In this document: positions 37,775 through 46,744 of the stretch, one piece after another
Layout: every line of letters starts with the position of its first letter
Numbering within the stretch: the first letter of the stretch is position 1
Assembly: GCA_037445065.1 (NCBI GenBank)
Contig: JBBILD010000008.1
Coordinates: 96,001-160,000 of the forward strand
DNA length: 64,000 nt
Direction of reading: 5' to 3'
DNA from: Myxococcales bacterium
GTDB taxonomy: Bacteria > Desulfobacterota > Binatia > HRBIN30
Notes under the pieces: generated by a model
The model's database searches: none
What the model was told of the DNA's origin: nothing
The model's input: only the letters and a program-made list of their open reading frames with translations
Made by a program: the position numbers and the translations under genes

Positions 37775-39327
37775 GCGCCGACGTTGTCGTTCAGGCTGTT
37801 GCTAAGCCGTGTTCCGATTACCGGCTCCCTCCAGCGGAACCTTGCACGGTCGTGATCTTTGGTGCCATGGGCGACCTCAGCCGCAGAAAGCTCCTACCAG
37901 CCTTGTTTACGCTGGCCCGTGAAGGGTGCCTGAGCCAAGGCTTTGATGTTGTCGGAGTCGCGCGCCGGCCGATTTCCCAGGAGGAATTTCGGGCACAAAT
38001 GCAAGCGAGTGTCGGAGCCTCGGGTGCGGACTGGCACGGCTTTGGGCCGCGTTTGCATTACCTCGAAGGACACCTGGAAGAACCTCGCACGTTTGCCAGG
38101 CTAAGCCAACTTCTCGACCAATTGGAAACGGCAGCGCAACGCCCGCCGAACCGGCTTTTCTATTGCGCAATCCCTCCTTCGCTGGCTCTGCCTATCGTCG
38201 AGCGCTTGGGGGCAGCCGGTTTGGCTCGCTCCCGAGGCTGGGTACGGATCGTGCTCGAAAAACCGTATGGGCGCAATTTGGCTGAGGCGCAGATGCTCAA
38301 CCAGCGCGTGGCGGCAGTGTTCGACGAGCAACAGGTGTTTCGCATCGATCACTACCTGGGCAAGGACACGGTACAGAATCTCTTAGTGTTCCGCTTTGGG
38401 AACACCCTTTTCGAGCCTGTTTGGAACCGGAACTACGTGGATTACGTCGAAATCACAGCGGCGGAAACCTCGGGAGTGGGAACCCGTGCCGGATACTACG
38501 AAGAGGCCGGCGCGTTGCGCGACATGGTCGCGAATCACTTGCTGCAGCTCTTGACCTTGGCAGCGATGGAGCCGCCGGTGGCCTTCGAAGCCGATGCCGT
38601 GCGCACGCAGAAAGTGCAGGTATTGTGCGCCATTGCACCGATGACACCGGAGCAAATTCATACCCAGACGGTGCGCGCCCAATACACCACGGGACGTGTC
38701 GCTGGAAGCGACGTGCCGGCGTACCGCGCCGAACCGAACGTTGGACCGGACTCTCCAACGGAAACGTTTTGCGCCCTGCGCCTGCAAATTGACAATTGGC
38801 GCTGGGCAGGTGTGCCGTTTTACTTGCGCACAGGAAAACGGCTGGCCAGCACTCTCACCGAGATTTGTGTCCATTTTCGCCGCCCCCCGCAGGCGCTGTT
38901 TTCTCGCGCGCAAGAGGGTTCGTTGGAACGGAACGTGATCGCTCTGCGAATCCAGCCGAATGAAGGGATCTCCCTCGCGTTCGCCGCGAAACGACCCGGG
39001 CTCGAGATGCGCACGGCGTCGGTCGAAATGGACTTTTGCTACCACGCGTCGTTCGGGGTCCGCTCGCACGACGCGTACGTTGTGCTCGTTCTGGACGCGA
39101 TGCGCGGTGACGCCACTCTGTTCACGCGCAGCGATGAGGTGGAAGCGCAGTGGCAGGTCATCGATCCGATCCGCCAGGCGTGGGACCAAGATCTCCCTCC
39201 ACTGACGTTTTATCCTGCTGGCAGCGAAGGCCCGCGTGATGCCGATGCACTCCTTGAGCGTTCGGGCCATTCCTGGCGTCGCCTGGTGCGCTCGCCCGGT
39301 GCGTGTGATTCGGGCGTGGCTCCATGA
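37771..39327 (+). CDS. zwf: Glucose-6-phosphate 1-dehydrogenase
   Basis: 'FGAMGDL', 'EKPYG', 'RIDHYLGK', 'RWAGVPFYLRTGK'; GTGA overlap with gnd. Confidence 0.97.
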   Translation: MSADVVVQAVAKPCSDYRLPPAEPCTVVIFGAMGDLSRRKLLPALFTLAREGCLSQGFDVVGVARRPISQEEFRAQMQASVGASGADWHGFGPRLHYLEGHLEEPRTFARLSQLLDQLETAAQRPPNRLFYCAIPPSLALPIVERLGAAGLARSRGWVRIVLEKPYGRNLAEAQMLNQRVAAVFDEQQVFRIDHYLGKDTVQNLLVFRFGNTLFEPVWNRNYVDYVEITAAETSGVGTRAGYYEEAGALRDMVANHLLQLLTLAAMEPPVAFEADAVRTQKVQVLCAIAPMTPEQIHTQTVRAQYTTGRVAGSDVPAYRAEPNVGPDSPTETFCALRLQIDNWRWAGVPFYLRTGKRLASTLTEICVHFRRPPQALFSRAQEGSLERNVIALRIQPNEGISLAFAAKRPGLEMRTASVEMDFCYHASFGVRSHDAYVVLVLDAMRGDATLFTRSDEVEAQWQVIDPIRQAWDQDLPPLTFYPAGSEGPRDADALLERSGHSWRRLVRSPGACDSGVAP

Positions 39328-40094
39328 ACGCCGAGCTGTACGTGGGCTCGAACCAGGAGGAGGTAAGCCGCAAGGCGGCGGAGTGCTTCGTGGCCGCCGC
39401 TCGCCATCTGAGTTCCTCGCAACAGAAGTTCGCTGTGGTGCTTGCCGGAGGGAGTACACCTAGGCGAACGTACCAACTCCTTGCCCAAGAGCCGTTGCGC
39501 AGCGCGGTTCAATGGGAGGGAGTTCATTTTTTCTGGGGCGACGAGCGAGTGGTTCCGCCGGACCACCCGAATTCCAACTACGGCATGGCCCGCGCAACTC
39601 TTTTGCAACCCCTGGGCGTGGCTCCGGCGCAGGTGCACCGCATTTGCGGAGAACATCCGGACCCGCACGCCGCAGCTCAGGCGTACGAGCAGGAAATCGC
39701 TCGCTTTTTCTCCCAGCCGCCGTTGAACCCGCCGCCCTCCTTTGACTTCGTGTTTTTGGGTGTGGGGCCCGATGGCCATGTTGCGTCTCTCTTCCCTGGG
39801 ATGGCTGCTCTGCAAGAGAGGAAGCGATGGGTAGTGGCGAATTGGGTTCCTCAACTCCGTAGTTGGCGCATCACGCTTACTCTGCCAGTGCTGAACGCAG
39901 CCTCGTGCCTTTGCGTTTTGGTTATGGGCGCGGAAAAGGCGCCTGTGGTGCGTCGCGCCCTTGTAAACAGAGGAGAGGCGCAGAGCTTGCCCGTAGCGCA
40001 ACTGAGGCCGAAATACCGGGTCCTCTGGTTCCTCGACCACGCTGCCGCCAGTGAGCTTCCGAAATCGCTTTGGTACAGCGGCTCTGCCGGCTGA
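39324..40094 (+). CDS. pgl: 6-phosphogluconolactonase
   Basis: 'LAGGSTP', 'WGDERVVP', 'GPDGHVASLFP', 'RITLT'. Confidence 0.95.
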   Translation: MNAELYVGSNQEEVSRKAAECFVAAARHLSSSQQKFAVVLAGGSTPRRTYQLLAQEPLRSAVQWEGVHFFWGDERVVPPDHPNSNYGMARATLLQPLGVAPAQVHRICGEHPDPHAAAQAYEQEIARFFSQPPLNPPPSFDFVFLGVGPDGHVASLFPGMAALQERKRWVVANWVPQLRSWRITLTLPVLNAASCLCVLVMGAEKAPVVRRALVNRGEAQSLPVAQLRPKYRVLWFLDHAAASELPKSLWYSGSAG

Positions 40095-40148
40095 GCGGTG
40101 ATTCGCCCGCCTTGACAGAATGCTGGGACCGAACAATCGCCAGGCTGT

Positions 40149-40208
40149 CCTGCCTAGTTACGACTGTGGCAGGCTCGAGGCGCCGAACACTGGCGCGTCG
40201 AGTGTTCG
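40149..40208. promoter_or_regulatory. Two inverted repeats in the glpD leader (possible operator or RNA structure)
   Basis: CCTGCC-TAGT-TACG-ACTG-TGGCAGG hairpin (40149-40173); CGAACACT-N9-AGTGTTCG (40184-40208). Confidence 0.35.
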
Positions 40209-40317
40209 CGATTGGGCGGCAAGCGGTCCGGCGAAGGGCAAAGAGCGAGAGTTCCGGTTGCCGCTGGGGCCGGCTTTGCGTTAGGAACTCTGTGCACGCA
40301 AAACCGAACCTAGCGCG

Positions 40318-41892
40318 ATGTACCGCTTGCCGAACCGAAACGAAGCCCTCGACCAAGTCCGCTCGCGCCGCAAGCCGTGGGACCTCGCTATCGTCGGCGG
40401 CGGTGCCACGGGTGTTGGTGTGGCTCTGGATGCCGCTGCACGCGGATACGAGGTCGTGTTGTTCGAGCAAAGCGACTTTGGCAAGGGCACCTCGAGCCGC
40501 AGTACGAAGCTGGTGCACGGCGGGGTCCGCTACCTCGAGCGAGGAGACGTGCCCCTCGTTCTGGAGGCTTTGCGCGAGCGCGGGATCATGCGGCAAAACG
40601 CTCCGCATTTGGTCAGCGACCTAGCCTTCGTGGTGCCCACTTACGCATGGTGGGAAGGGCCGTTTTATGGCGCGGGACTGCGCGTCTACAACTTGCTCGC
40701 CGGCCGCTACGGGTTCGGCAAATCGCGCAACCTGTCTAAGGAAGAAACTCTCGAGTACTTGCCGACGTTGCGCCGCGACGGCTTGCGCGGAGGAGTGCTG
40801 TATTACGACGGGCAGTTCGATGATGCGCGATTTTTGATCAGCTTGGTACAGACGGCGTTCGAACAGGGGGCATTCTTGCTGAACTACTGCCCGGTGGAGA
40901 GGCTCGAGCGCAACGGGGAAGGCGTGGTGACTGCCCTGCACGTCAGGGATGCGGAGACCGGAGAAGAGCTGCGAGTGGAGGCGCGGGTGGTGGTCAACGC
41001 GGCTGGTCCTTTCGTTGACTCCGTGCGCCGCTTGGCCGACCCCTCGGCGCCCGCCTTGGTGACCCCGAGCCAAGGGGTGCACCTGGTTTTTGACCGGTCT
41101 TTCTTGCCGGCGGATATGGCGATCATGGTCCCGCACACGAGCGACGGGCGAGTGTTGTTTGCGATCCCTTGGCAGGAGCACACGTTGATTGGCACCACCG
41201 ACACGCCGGTGGCCGAAACCTCCCTGGATCCACGGCCGCTCGAGGTAGAGATTGATTTCATTTTGCGCACTGCTGGACTCTACTTACACAAAGTTCCTCG
41301 GCGGGAGGACGTGCTCAGCATGTTCGCCGGGATCCGACCCCTCGTGCGGGGTGGCAATGGGAAGAGCACTGCCGCCTTGTCGCGCGGGCACACGATTCAC
41401 GTGGACCAAAACGGTTTGCTGACGATCACCGGTGGGAAGTGGACGACCTACCGGCAGATGGCGGAGGATTGTGTGGATCACGCCATGATGCTCGCGGGTT
41501 TGGAGGAACGGCCGTGCGTGACTCGGACGCTCAACTTGCACGGCTATCTGCGAAACGCAGAGCGATTCGGACCGCTCGCGGCATACGGTTCGGATGCACC
41601 GGCGCTCGATCGGATGGCCCGGGAGGAGCCTGCACTGGCGGTACAGTTACACCCCGACCTGCCATACCGCGCCGTGCAAGTTGTTTGGGCTGCACGCTAC
41701 GAGTATGCGCGCACGATTGAAGATGTGCTATCTCGCCGCTTGCGAGCCACCTTTTTGAACGCACGGGCCGCGCTCGAAATGGCGCCCCAGGTGGCTGCCT
41801 TGTTGGCCGCGGAACTCGGGCGAGACGAGCGCTGGCAGGAACAGCAGGTCAAGGAGTTTGCCTCGCTTGCAGCTTCGTATTTGCCTGGTTGA
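40318..41892 (+). CDS. glpD: FAD-dependent glycerol-3-phosphate dehydrogenase/oxidase
   Basis: 'GGGATG', 'GTSSRSTKLVHGGVRYL', 'DGQFDDAR', 'GTTDT', 'GGKWTTYR'. Confidence 0.93.
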   Translation: MYRLPNRNEALDQVRSRRKPWDLAIVGGGATGVGVALDAAARGYEVVLFEQSDFGKGTSSRSTKLVHGGVRYLERGDVPLVLEALRERGIMRQNAPHLVSDLAFVVPTYAWWEGPFYGAGLRVYNLLAGRYGFGKSRNLSKEETLEYLPTLRRDGLRGGVLYYDGQFDDARFLISLVQTAFEQGAFLLNYCPVERLERNGEGVVTALHVRDAETGEELRVEARVVVNAAGPFVDSVRRLADPSAPALVTPSQGVHLVFDRSFLPADMAIMVPHTSDGRVLFAIPWQEHTLIGTTDTPVAETSLDPRPLEVEIDFILRTAGLYLHKVPRREDVLSMFAGIRPLVRGGNGKSTAALSRGHTIHVDQNGLLTITGGKWTTYRQMAEDCVDHAMMLAGLEERPCVTRTLNLHGYLRNAERFGPLAAYGSDAPALDRMAREEPALAVQLHPDLPYRAVQVVWAARYEYARTIEDVLSRRLRATFLNARAALEMAPQVAALLAAELGRDERWQEQQVKEFASLAASYLPG

Positions 41893-41981
41893 CGCGCATG
41901 GCCGCCGCCGCACAGGCGCCCGTCATCCGGGTGGGTTGCGCCGGCCACCTCTGCGGCGAGCAACGAGAGGAGAGGGAAAGG

Positions 41982-43541
41982 ATGCGCCTGCCACGTGGAA
42001 GCGGGGTGCTGCTGCACCCGACAAGCTTGCCGGGTCCGTTTGGAATCGGTGATCTCGGGCCGGAGGCCCGCGCGTTTGTGGACGGGCTGGCGAGGGCCGG
42101 CCAGCAGTGGTGGCAAGTCCTTCCGCTCGGCCCCACTGGCTACGGCGACTCGCCCTATCAGTGCTTCTCGGCTTTTGCTGGCAATCCGCTGCTCATTGCC
42201 CCAGAAGAACTCATCGAGGAAGGCTGGCTCGAGCGTTCTGATCTGGAGCCGCTTCCTCCGTTCGTGGGGGGGCGTGTGGACTTCGAACGGTTGACGCCTT
42301 GGAAGCTTGCCTACTTACGGCGCGCCGCCCGCGGCTTCCTGCAGCGCGGTGGCGGAAACGCAGCTTCGGAGTTCGAGCGCTTTCGCCAGGAGCACGCGTT
42401 TTGGCTCGAGGACTTTGCCTTGTTCATGGCGCTGAAAGAAGCTCATGGAGGCGCAGTGTGGAGCGAATGGGAGCGGGATGTGGTGTGCCGGAAGGAACGG
42501 GCATTGGCGCGATGGCGGGGCGAGCTGGCCGCAGTGGTGGAGGAGTACAAGACCTTGCAGTTCTTCTTTTTCCGCCAGTGGCAGCGTTTGCGTGACTACG
42601 CTGCACATCGGGGTGTGCAACTGATTGGGGATGTGCCGATTTTCGTGGCGTACGACAGCGCGGATGTGTGGTGCGCTCCCGAACTGTTCTTCCTGGATAA
42701 ACAGAGGCATCCAACGGCAGTGGCTGGCGTTCCCCCGGATTATTTCAGTGCCACGGGGCAACTGTGGGGCAACCCGCTGTACCGATGGGAGCGGATGGCC
42801 GAAGATGGGTACCGGTGGTGGATCGCTCGGGTCCGCCACACCTTGGCGCTGGTTGATGTGGTGCGCATTGACCACTTTATCGGCTTTGTTCGTTACTGGG
42901 AAATCCCCGCCGGTGCTCCCACGGCTCAAACGGGGCGTTACGTTCCGGGGCCAGGGGCGGATTTCTTACAGGCATTGCAACGGGCGTTGGGTGGTTTGCC
43001 GCTGATTGCCGAGGATCTTGGCGCGGTCACACCGGAGGTGGAAGCGCTGCGCGATGCGTTCGCTCTGCCGGGAATGAAGGTGCTGCAGTTCGCCTTTGCG
43101 AGCGACGCCCACGATCGTTTCCTCCCTCATAACTTCACGCAGAATTTCGTGGTGTACACGGGCACTCACGACAACGACACCACGGTTGGCTGGTTCCAGA
43201 GCGCAAGCCCGCGAGAAAAACAGTTTGCCCTCCGATACTTGGGCCGAAGCGGCAAAGAGATCGCCTGGGAGCTGATTCGCTTGGGGATGTCATCGGTAGC
43301 GGACACCTTTGTGGTGCCAGCGCAAGACTTGCTCTCTTTGGCAAGTGAGGCGCGCATGAACTTTCCCGGTCGGCCCGAGGGCAACTGGGGGTGGCGTCTG
43401 CTCCCGGGGCAACTGGGCACGGCAGTTTGGGACCGGCTGGCCGATCTCACAGATGTGTATGGCCGAGCTCAGCCGGGCCCGAAGGCCCGGAAGGCAGGCT
43501 TGCCAGAGAACGGTTGCCCTCCTCCTGTGCTGCAAGCATAG
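41982..43541 (+). CDS. malQ: 4-alpha-glucanotransferase (GH77)
   Basis: 'GVLLHPTSLP', 'WQVLPLGP', 'GVPPDYFSATGQLWGNP', 'RIDHF', 'IAEDLG', 'YTGTHDNDT'. Confidence 0.96.
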   Translation: MRLPRGSGVLLHPTSLPGPFGIGDLGPEARAFVDGLARAGQQWWQVLPLGPTGYGDSPYQCFSAFAGNPLLIAPEELIEEGWLERSDLEPLPPFVGGRVDFERLTPWKLAYLRRAARGFLQRGGGNAASEFERFRQEHAFWLEDFALFMALKEAHGGAVWSEWERDVVCRKERALARWRGELAAVVEEYKTLQFFFFRQWQRLRDYAAHRGVQLIGDVPIFVAYDSADVWCAPELFFLDKQRHPTAVAGVPPDYFSATGQLWGNPLYRWERMAEDGYRWWIARVRHTLALVDVVRIDHFIGFVRYWEIPAGAPTAQTGRYVPGPGADFLQALQRALGGLPLIAEDLGAVTPEVEALRDAFALPGMKVLQFAFASDAHDRFLPHNFTQNFVVYTGTHDNDTTVGWFQSASPREKQFALRYLGRSGKEIAWELIRLGMSSVADTFVVPAQDLLSLASEARMNFPGRPEGNWGWRLLPGQLGTAVWDRLADLTDVYGRAQPGPKARKAGLPENGCPPPVLQA

Positions 43542-43548
43542 TCTGGCC

Positions 43549-44355
43549 ATGACCGAAGCTGGCGCAGCGGAAAAGGACACCGCCTCGCTTCTGGCTGCGG
43601 CGCAGGCGGGCGACCGTTCGGCCCTCGAACGGTTGCTGGCACGCTACCAAGGACACATTTTGCGCTTCGGGCTCAAAATGTGCCGCCACCCGGAAGATGC
43701 CCGCGACGTGGTGCAAGAAACGCTGGTGGCGGCGGCCCGCTCCATTGAGCAGTTCCGCGGCGAAGCCTCGCTCTCCACGTGGCTCTATCGAATTGCGCGC
43801 AGCTTCTGTGCCAAAAAGCGTCGCCGGCGCGAGCTGGGATCGCCAACGGATCGCAGCGAAGAACTCGAGCAGGCCACCGACGCCGTGGCCGAGAGTCCTG
43901 AGGAGCAGGTCGGCACGCGCCAACTCGTGGAAGCCCTCTACGCTGCCCTCGACCAGCTCGACCCAAAATACCGAGAGGTGTTTTTGCTGCGCGATGTCGA
44001 GGGACTGAGCGCCGCCCAGACGGCGAGCGTGCTCGGCTTGCAAGTCGCGACCGTGAAAACCCGCCTGCACCGTGCGCGACTGCAAGTTCGGGCTGCCCTT
44101 GCCCCTGTGCTGGGCCGATCCGAACGCCAGCACGGCTGCCCGGAGATCGCGCGCGTGTTTTCGCGCCACCTTGAGGGTGACTTGTCTCCTCAACTGTGCG
44201 CGAAAATGGAGCGGCACCTTCGCCAGTGCAAGAGCTGCCGCAACGAATGTGAATCTCTCCGTTTCCTCCTTGCGGCTTGCCGCGAACTGCCCGGCACCGA
44301 GGTTCCAGAAGACCTGGACCGCGCGGTGCGCACCGCGATTCGAGAGGTGGCCTGA
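43549..44355 (+). CDS. ECF sigma factor with fused C-terminal zf-HC2 (ZAS-like) domain
   Basis: Region 2 'DARDVVQET...FRGEASLSTWLYRIA', region 4 'REVFLLRDVEGLS...TVKTRLHRAR', then C...HLRQCKSC. Confidence 0.9.
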   Translation: MTEAGAAEKDTASLLAAAQAGDRSALERLLARYQGHILRFGLKMCRHPEDARDVVQETLVAAARSIEQFRGEASLSTWLYRIARSFCAKKRRRRELGSPTDRSEELEQATDAVAESPEEQVGTRQLVEALYAALDQLDPKYREVFLLRDVEGLSAAQTASVLGLQVATVKTRLHRARLQVRAALAPVLGRSERQHGCPEIARVFSRHLEGDLSPQLCAKMERHLRQCKSCRNECESLRFLLAACRELPGTEVPEDLDRAVRTAIREVA

Positions 44356-44443
44356 GGGGCCGGGCGGGTGGTGCGGCGCGCATCCTTGGCTGGCGCTGGG
44401 GCTTGGCGCGATAGGCGCGTGCGGGAAGCACGCCGCGGCTCGA

Positions 44444-44472
44444 TGGACCGAGCCGGGCAAACTCGCTAGCGT
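44444..44472 (+). promoter_or_regulatory. Putative sigma70 promoter for the lipid head-group operon, probably leaderless
   Basis: TGGACC-17 nt-TAGCGT, 7 nt before in-frame GTG 44480; no SD. Confidence 0.4.
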
Positions 44473-44479
44473 GGCCCCT

Positions 44480-45220
44480 GTGCGTTTGGGCGGTATCACC
44501 TTCGACTTTGGCGGCACGCTAGATGCCGACGGGGAGCACTGGTGCGACCGCTTTGCTCGCCTGTACGGGGAAGTCGGCTGTAGGGTTGATCCCGCCCAGC
44601 TTCGCGCCGCGTTCGATGAAGCAACCCGCGCTGGCTACGCCGCCTCGGGGTTGCGGCATGCAAGCCTCTCCGAGCTAGTAGACTTCCACTTGCGCGCGCA
44701 GTGGAAGGCCTTGGGCTGGAAGTGGGGTGATTCCGCCCAAGCCATTGTTGTCCTCTTCCTGCAAGAGGCCCAGGCGTATCTTCAGCGTAACCGTGCCCTG
44801 TTGGAGCGCTTGCGGGGTCGCGTGCGGCTCGGGGTGATTTCGAATTTCTATGGAAACTTGCCACGCGTGCTCGAGGAGGCAGGAATGGCGTGCCTGTTCG
44901 ATAGCGTGCTCGACTCGACGATCGAGGGTTTTCGCAAGCCGGCTCCAGAAATCTTTGCTTTGGCTGCTGCTCGCTTGCAGGTAGCGCCCCGAGAACTCCT
45001 GCACATTGGCGACTCTCTCGAGCAGGATGTTTTCGCCGCCAAGCGCGCCGGGTTTCAAGCCGCCTGGCTGTGCGGCAACCAAGACAACACGGGTTGCCAG
45101 CGGCGCGAAGCAGACTGCGTGTTGCGCTCGCTCGAAGAGCTGATCCCCCTGGTGGAGCGTGCCGCCGTGCTTGACTCCCCGCACGGCAGCGCGGCCGTCC
45201 CCGTGCTTGGCCGGAGATGA
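44480..45220 (+). CDS. HAD-family hydrolase
   Basis: 'FDFGGTLD', 'ISNFYGN', 'KPAPEIF', 'HIGDSLEQD'; start GTG 44480 or 44471. Confidence 0.9.
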   Translation: MRLGGITFDFGGTLDADGEHWCDRFARLYGEVGCRVDPAQLRAAFDEATRAGYAASGLRHASLSELVDFHLRAQWKALGWKWGDSAQAIVVLFLQEAQAYLQRNRALLERLRGRVRLGVISNFYGNLPRVLEEAGMACLFDSVLDSTIEGFRKPAPEIFALAAARLQVAPRELLHIGDSLEQDVFAAKRAGFQAAWLCGNQDNTGCQRREADCVLRSLEELIPLVERAAVLDSPHGSAAVPVLGRR

Positions 45221-45924
45221 TTCAGCAGGCCGGGATCCTTGCTGCTGGGTTAGGAACGCGCTTGGTCCAGGACCGGGCGGCCGGGAAGCCAATGGTAGAG
45301 GTGCGGGGAAAGCCTTTGATCCATTACGTTGTTGCCGGGCTCGTCCAGGCTGGGGTGCGGCGCGTAGCCATGGTGCTCAATTCTCGCGGGCGAGCCGTCG
45401 AGGCGTACTGCCGGACAGCTTTTCCGCGTGTGGACTGGCGCATCGCCTATCATGACACTGCTCATTCCCTCGAAACGTTTCGTGCCCTACAGCCGCTCTT
45501 AGAGCGCCAGCGGTTCGTCTTGAGCATGGCGGACACTGTGCTGGCTCCGCGGGCACTGATCGCCTTCGTGAGCGAGGCGAGCGTGCGTTCTGAAACGATC
45601 ACGCTGGCGGTGACGGACTGGGTTGACGACGAAAAACCCTTGTGGGTTCGTTTCGATGCAAAAGGACGCGTAACAGCGCTTGGGCCTGAGGCGGCTGGCA
45701 GCGGTTGGGTGACGGCCGGGGTCTACGCCGTGGCCTCGGAGGTGTACTCCTGGCTCGACCGTTCTCAGGTAAGAAGCATGCATGGACTGAGTGAATTCTT
45801 TGCGTACTCGGTCAGAGTAGGGGCTGCTGTTCGCGCCATTCCGGTCGGCCAGGCGGTGGATGTGGACCGACCGGGAGACCTGGTGCAAGCAGAGCGCCTG
45901 CTTGAGCGACTGAAGCTGCCATGA
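45217..45924 (+). CDS. NTP transferase (nucleotidyltransferase)
   Basis: 'ILAAGLGTRL...KPMVEVRGKPLI', 'DDEKPLWV', 'VDVDRPGDL'; ATGA coupling at both ends. Confidence 0.9.
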   Translation: MIQQAGILAAGLGTRLVQDRAAGKPMVEVRGKPLIHYVVAGLVQAGVRRVAMVLNSRGRAVEAYCRTAFPRVDWRIAYHDTAHSLETFRALQPLLERQRFVLSMADTVLAPRALIAFVSEASVRSETITLAVTDWVDDEKPLWVRFDAKGRVTALGPEAAGSGWVTAGVYAVASEVYSWLDRSQVRSMHGLSEFFAYSVRVGAAVRAIPVGQAVDVDRPGDLVQAERLLERLKLP

Positions 45925-46733
45925 TTCCTGACTTTGTGTGCGTCTTGCGCGAGCCAGAGTTTTCTCCCGGACGCGTCGAAGATGATGCAGGGATCCTGCT
46001 TGCCGTTGCTAGTGTCCTGCGCAACCGGGGTTACACGGTGGAGCTCGTACAGGCACACGCACAGCGCTGGCCAAGGATCGGTACGGAAACGCTAGTGCTG
46101 TCTATGGCACAGGGCACGCCGGCTCTGGAGCGCCTCCGTGTTTGGGAAGTTGAGGGGGTACGGGTCATCAACTCGGTGAGCGCCGTGCAGAATTGCAGGC
46201 GAGCAGTTACCGACCGACTGCTGCGCCAGGGAGGCATTCCTCACCCTCCCACCCGCCTCCTTCCCTTGGACGCGCAAGTGTTGCCGACGGAGTGGTTTGC
46301 CTCGGGCGTATGGATCAAACGGGGCGACTTCCACGCCATGGCCGAGGGTGACGTGTCGTTGGTGCACTCCCCTGTGGAAGCAGACGCTGCGCTCGGGCGG
46401 CTGCGGGGGCGTGGCGTGGAGTACGCTGTGGTGCAGCAAAACGTGACCGGCCGAGTCGTGAAGTTCTATGTTGTGGCGGAGCAGTTCCTTTGCGTCACAG
46501 ATGGGGGGGTGCCGGTAGCGGTACAACGCAAGATTGGAACGCTCGCGCGCCGTGCGGCAGCGTTGCTCGGGCTAGAGGTGTTCGGCGGTGACTGCGTTGT
46601 GACGCAGGCCGGCGAGTGTCTCTTGATTGACTTGAACGACTGGCCTAGCTACGCCCGTTGCCGTCTTTCCGCAGCCGCGGCGATTGCCGCTTACGCGCAA
46701 GCAGAAAAGGGGAAGGGCTCGTCCCAAGAATAG
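45921..46733 (+). CDS. ATP-grasp fold protein
   Basis: 'RVINS', 'WIKRGD', 'VVQQNVTG..VKFY', 'LGLEVFGGD', 'LIDLNDWPSY'. Confidence 0.75.
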   Translation: MIPDFVCVLREPEFSPGRVEDDAGILLAVASVLRNRGYTVELVQAHAQRWPRIGTETLVLSMAQGTPALERLRVWEVEGVRVINSVSAVQNCRRAVTDRLLRQGGIPHPPTRLLPLDAQVLPTEWFASGVWIKRGDFHAMAEGDVSLVHSPVEADAALGRLRGRGVEYAVVQQNVTGRVVKFYVVAEQFLCVTDGGVPVAVQRKIGTLARRAAALLGLEVFGGDCVVTQAGECLLIDLNDWPSYARCRLSAAAAIAAYAQAEKGKGSSQE

Positions 46734-46744
46734 AGCCGAAGATC

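Noticed and set aside
40184..40208. Palindrome read as CIRCE or a Gram-positive LexA box
   Set aside because: Arm sequence and spacing fit neither consensus; kept only as an unassigned inverted repeat
44072..44479. Long N-terminal extension of the HAD ORF overlapping the ECF sigma gene
   Set aside because: HAD motif I lies just after GTG 44480; the extension overlaps a real gene and has no domain features
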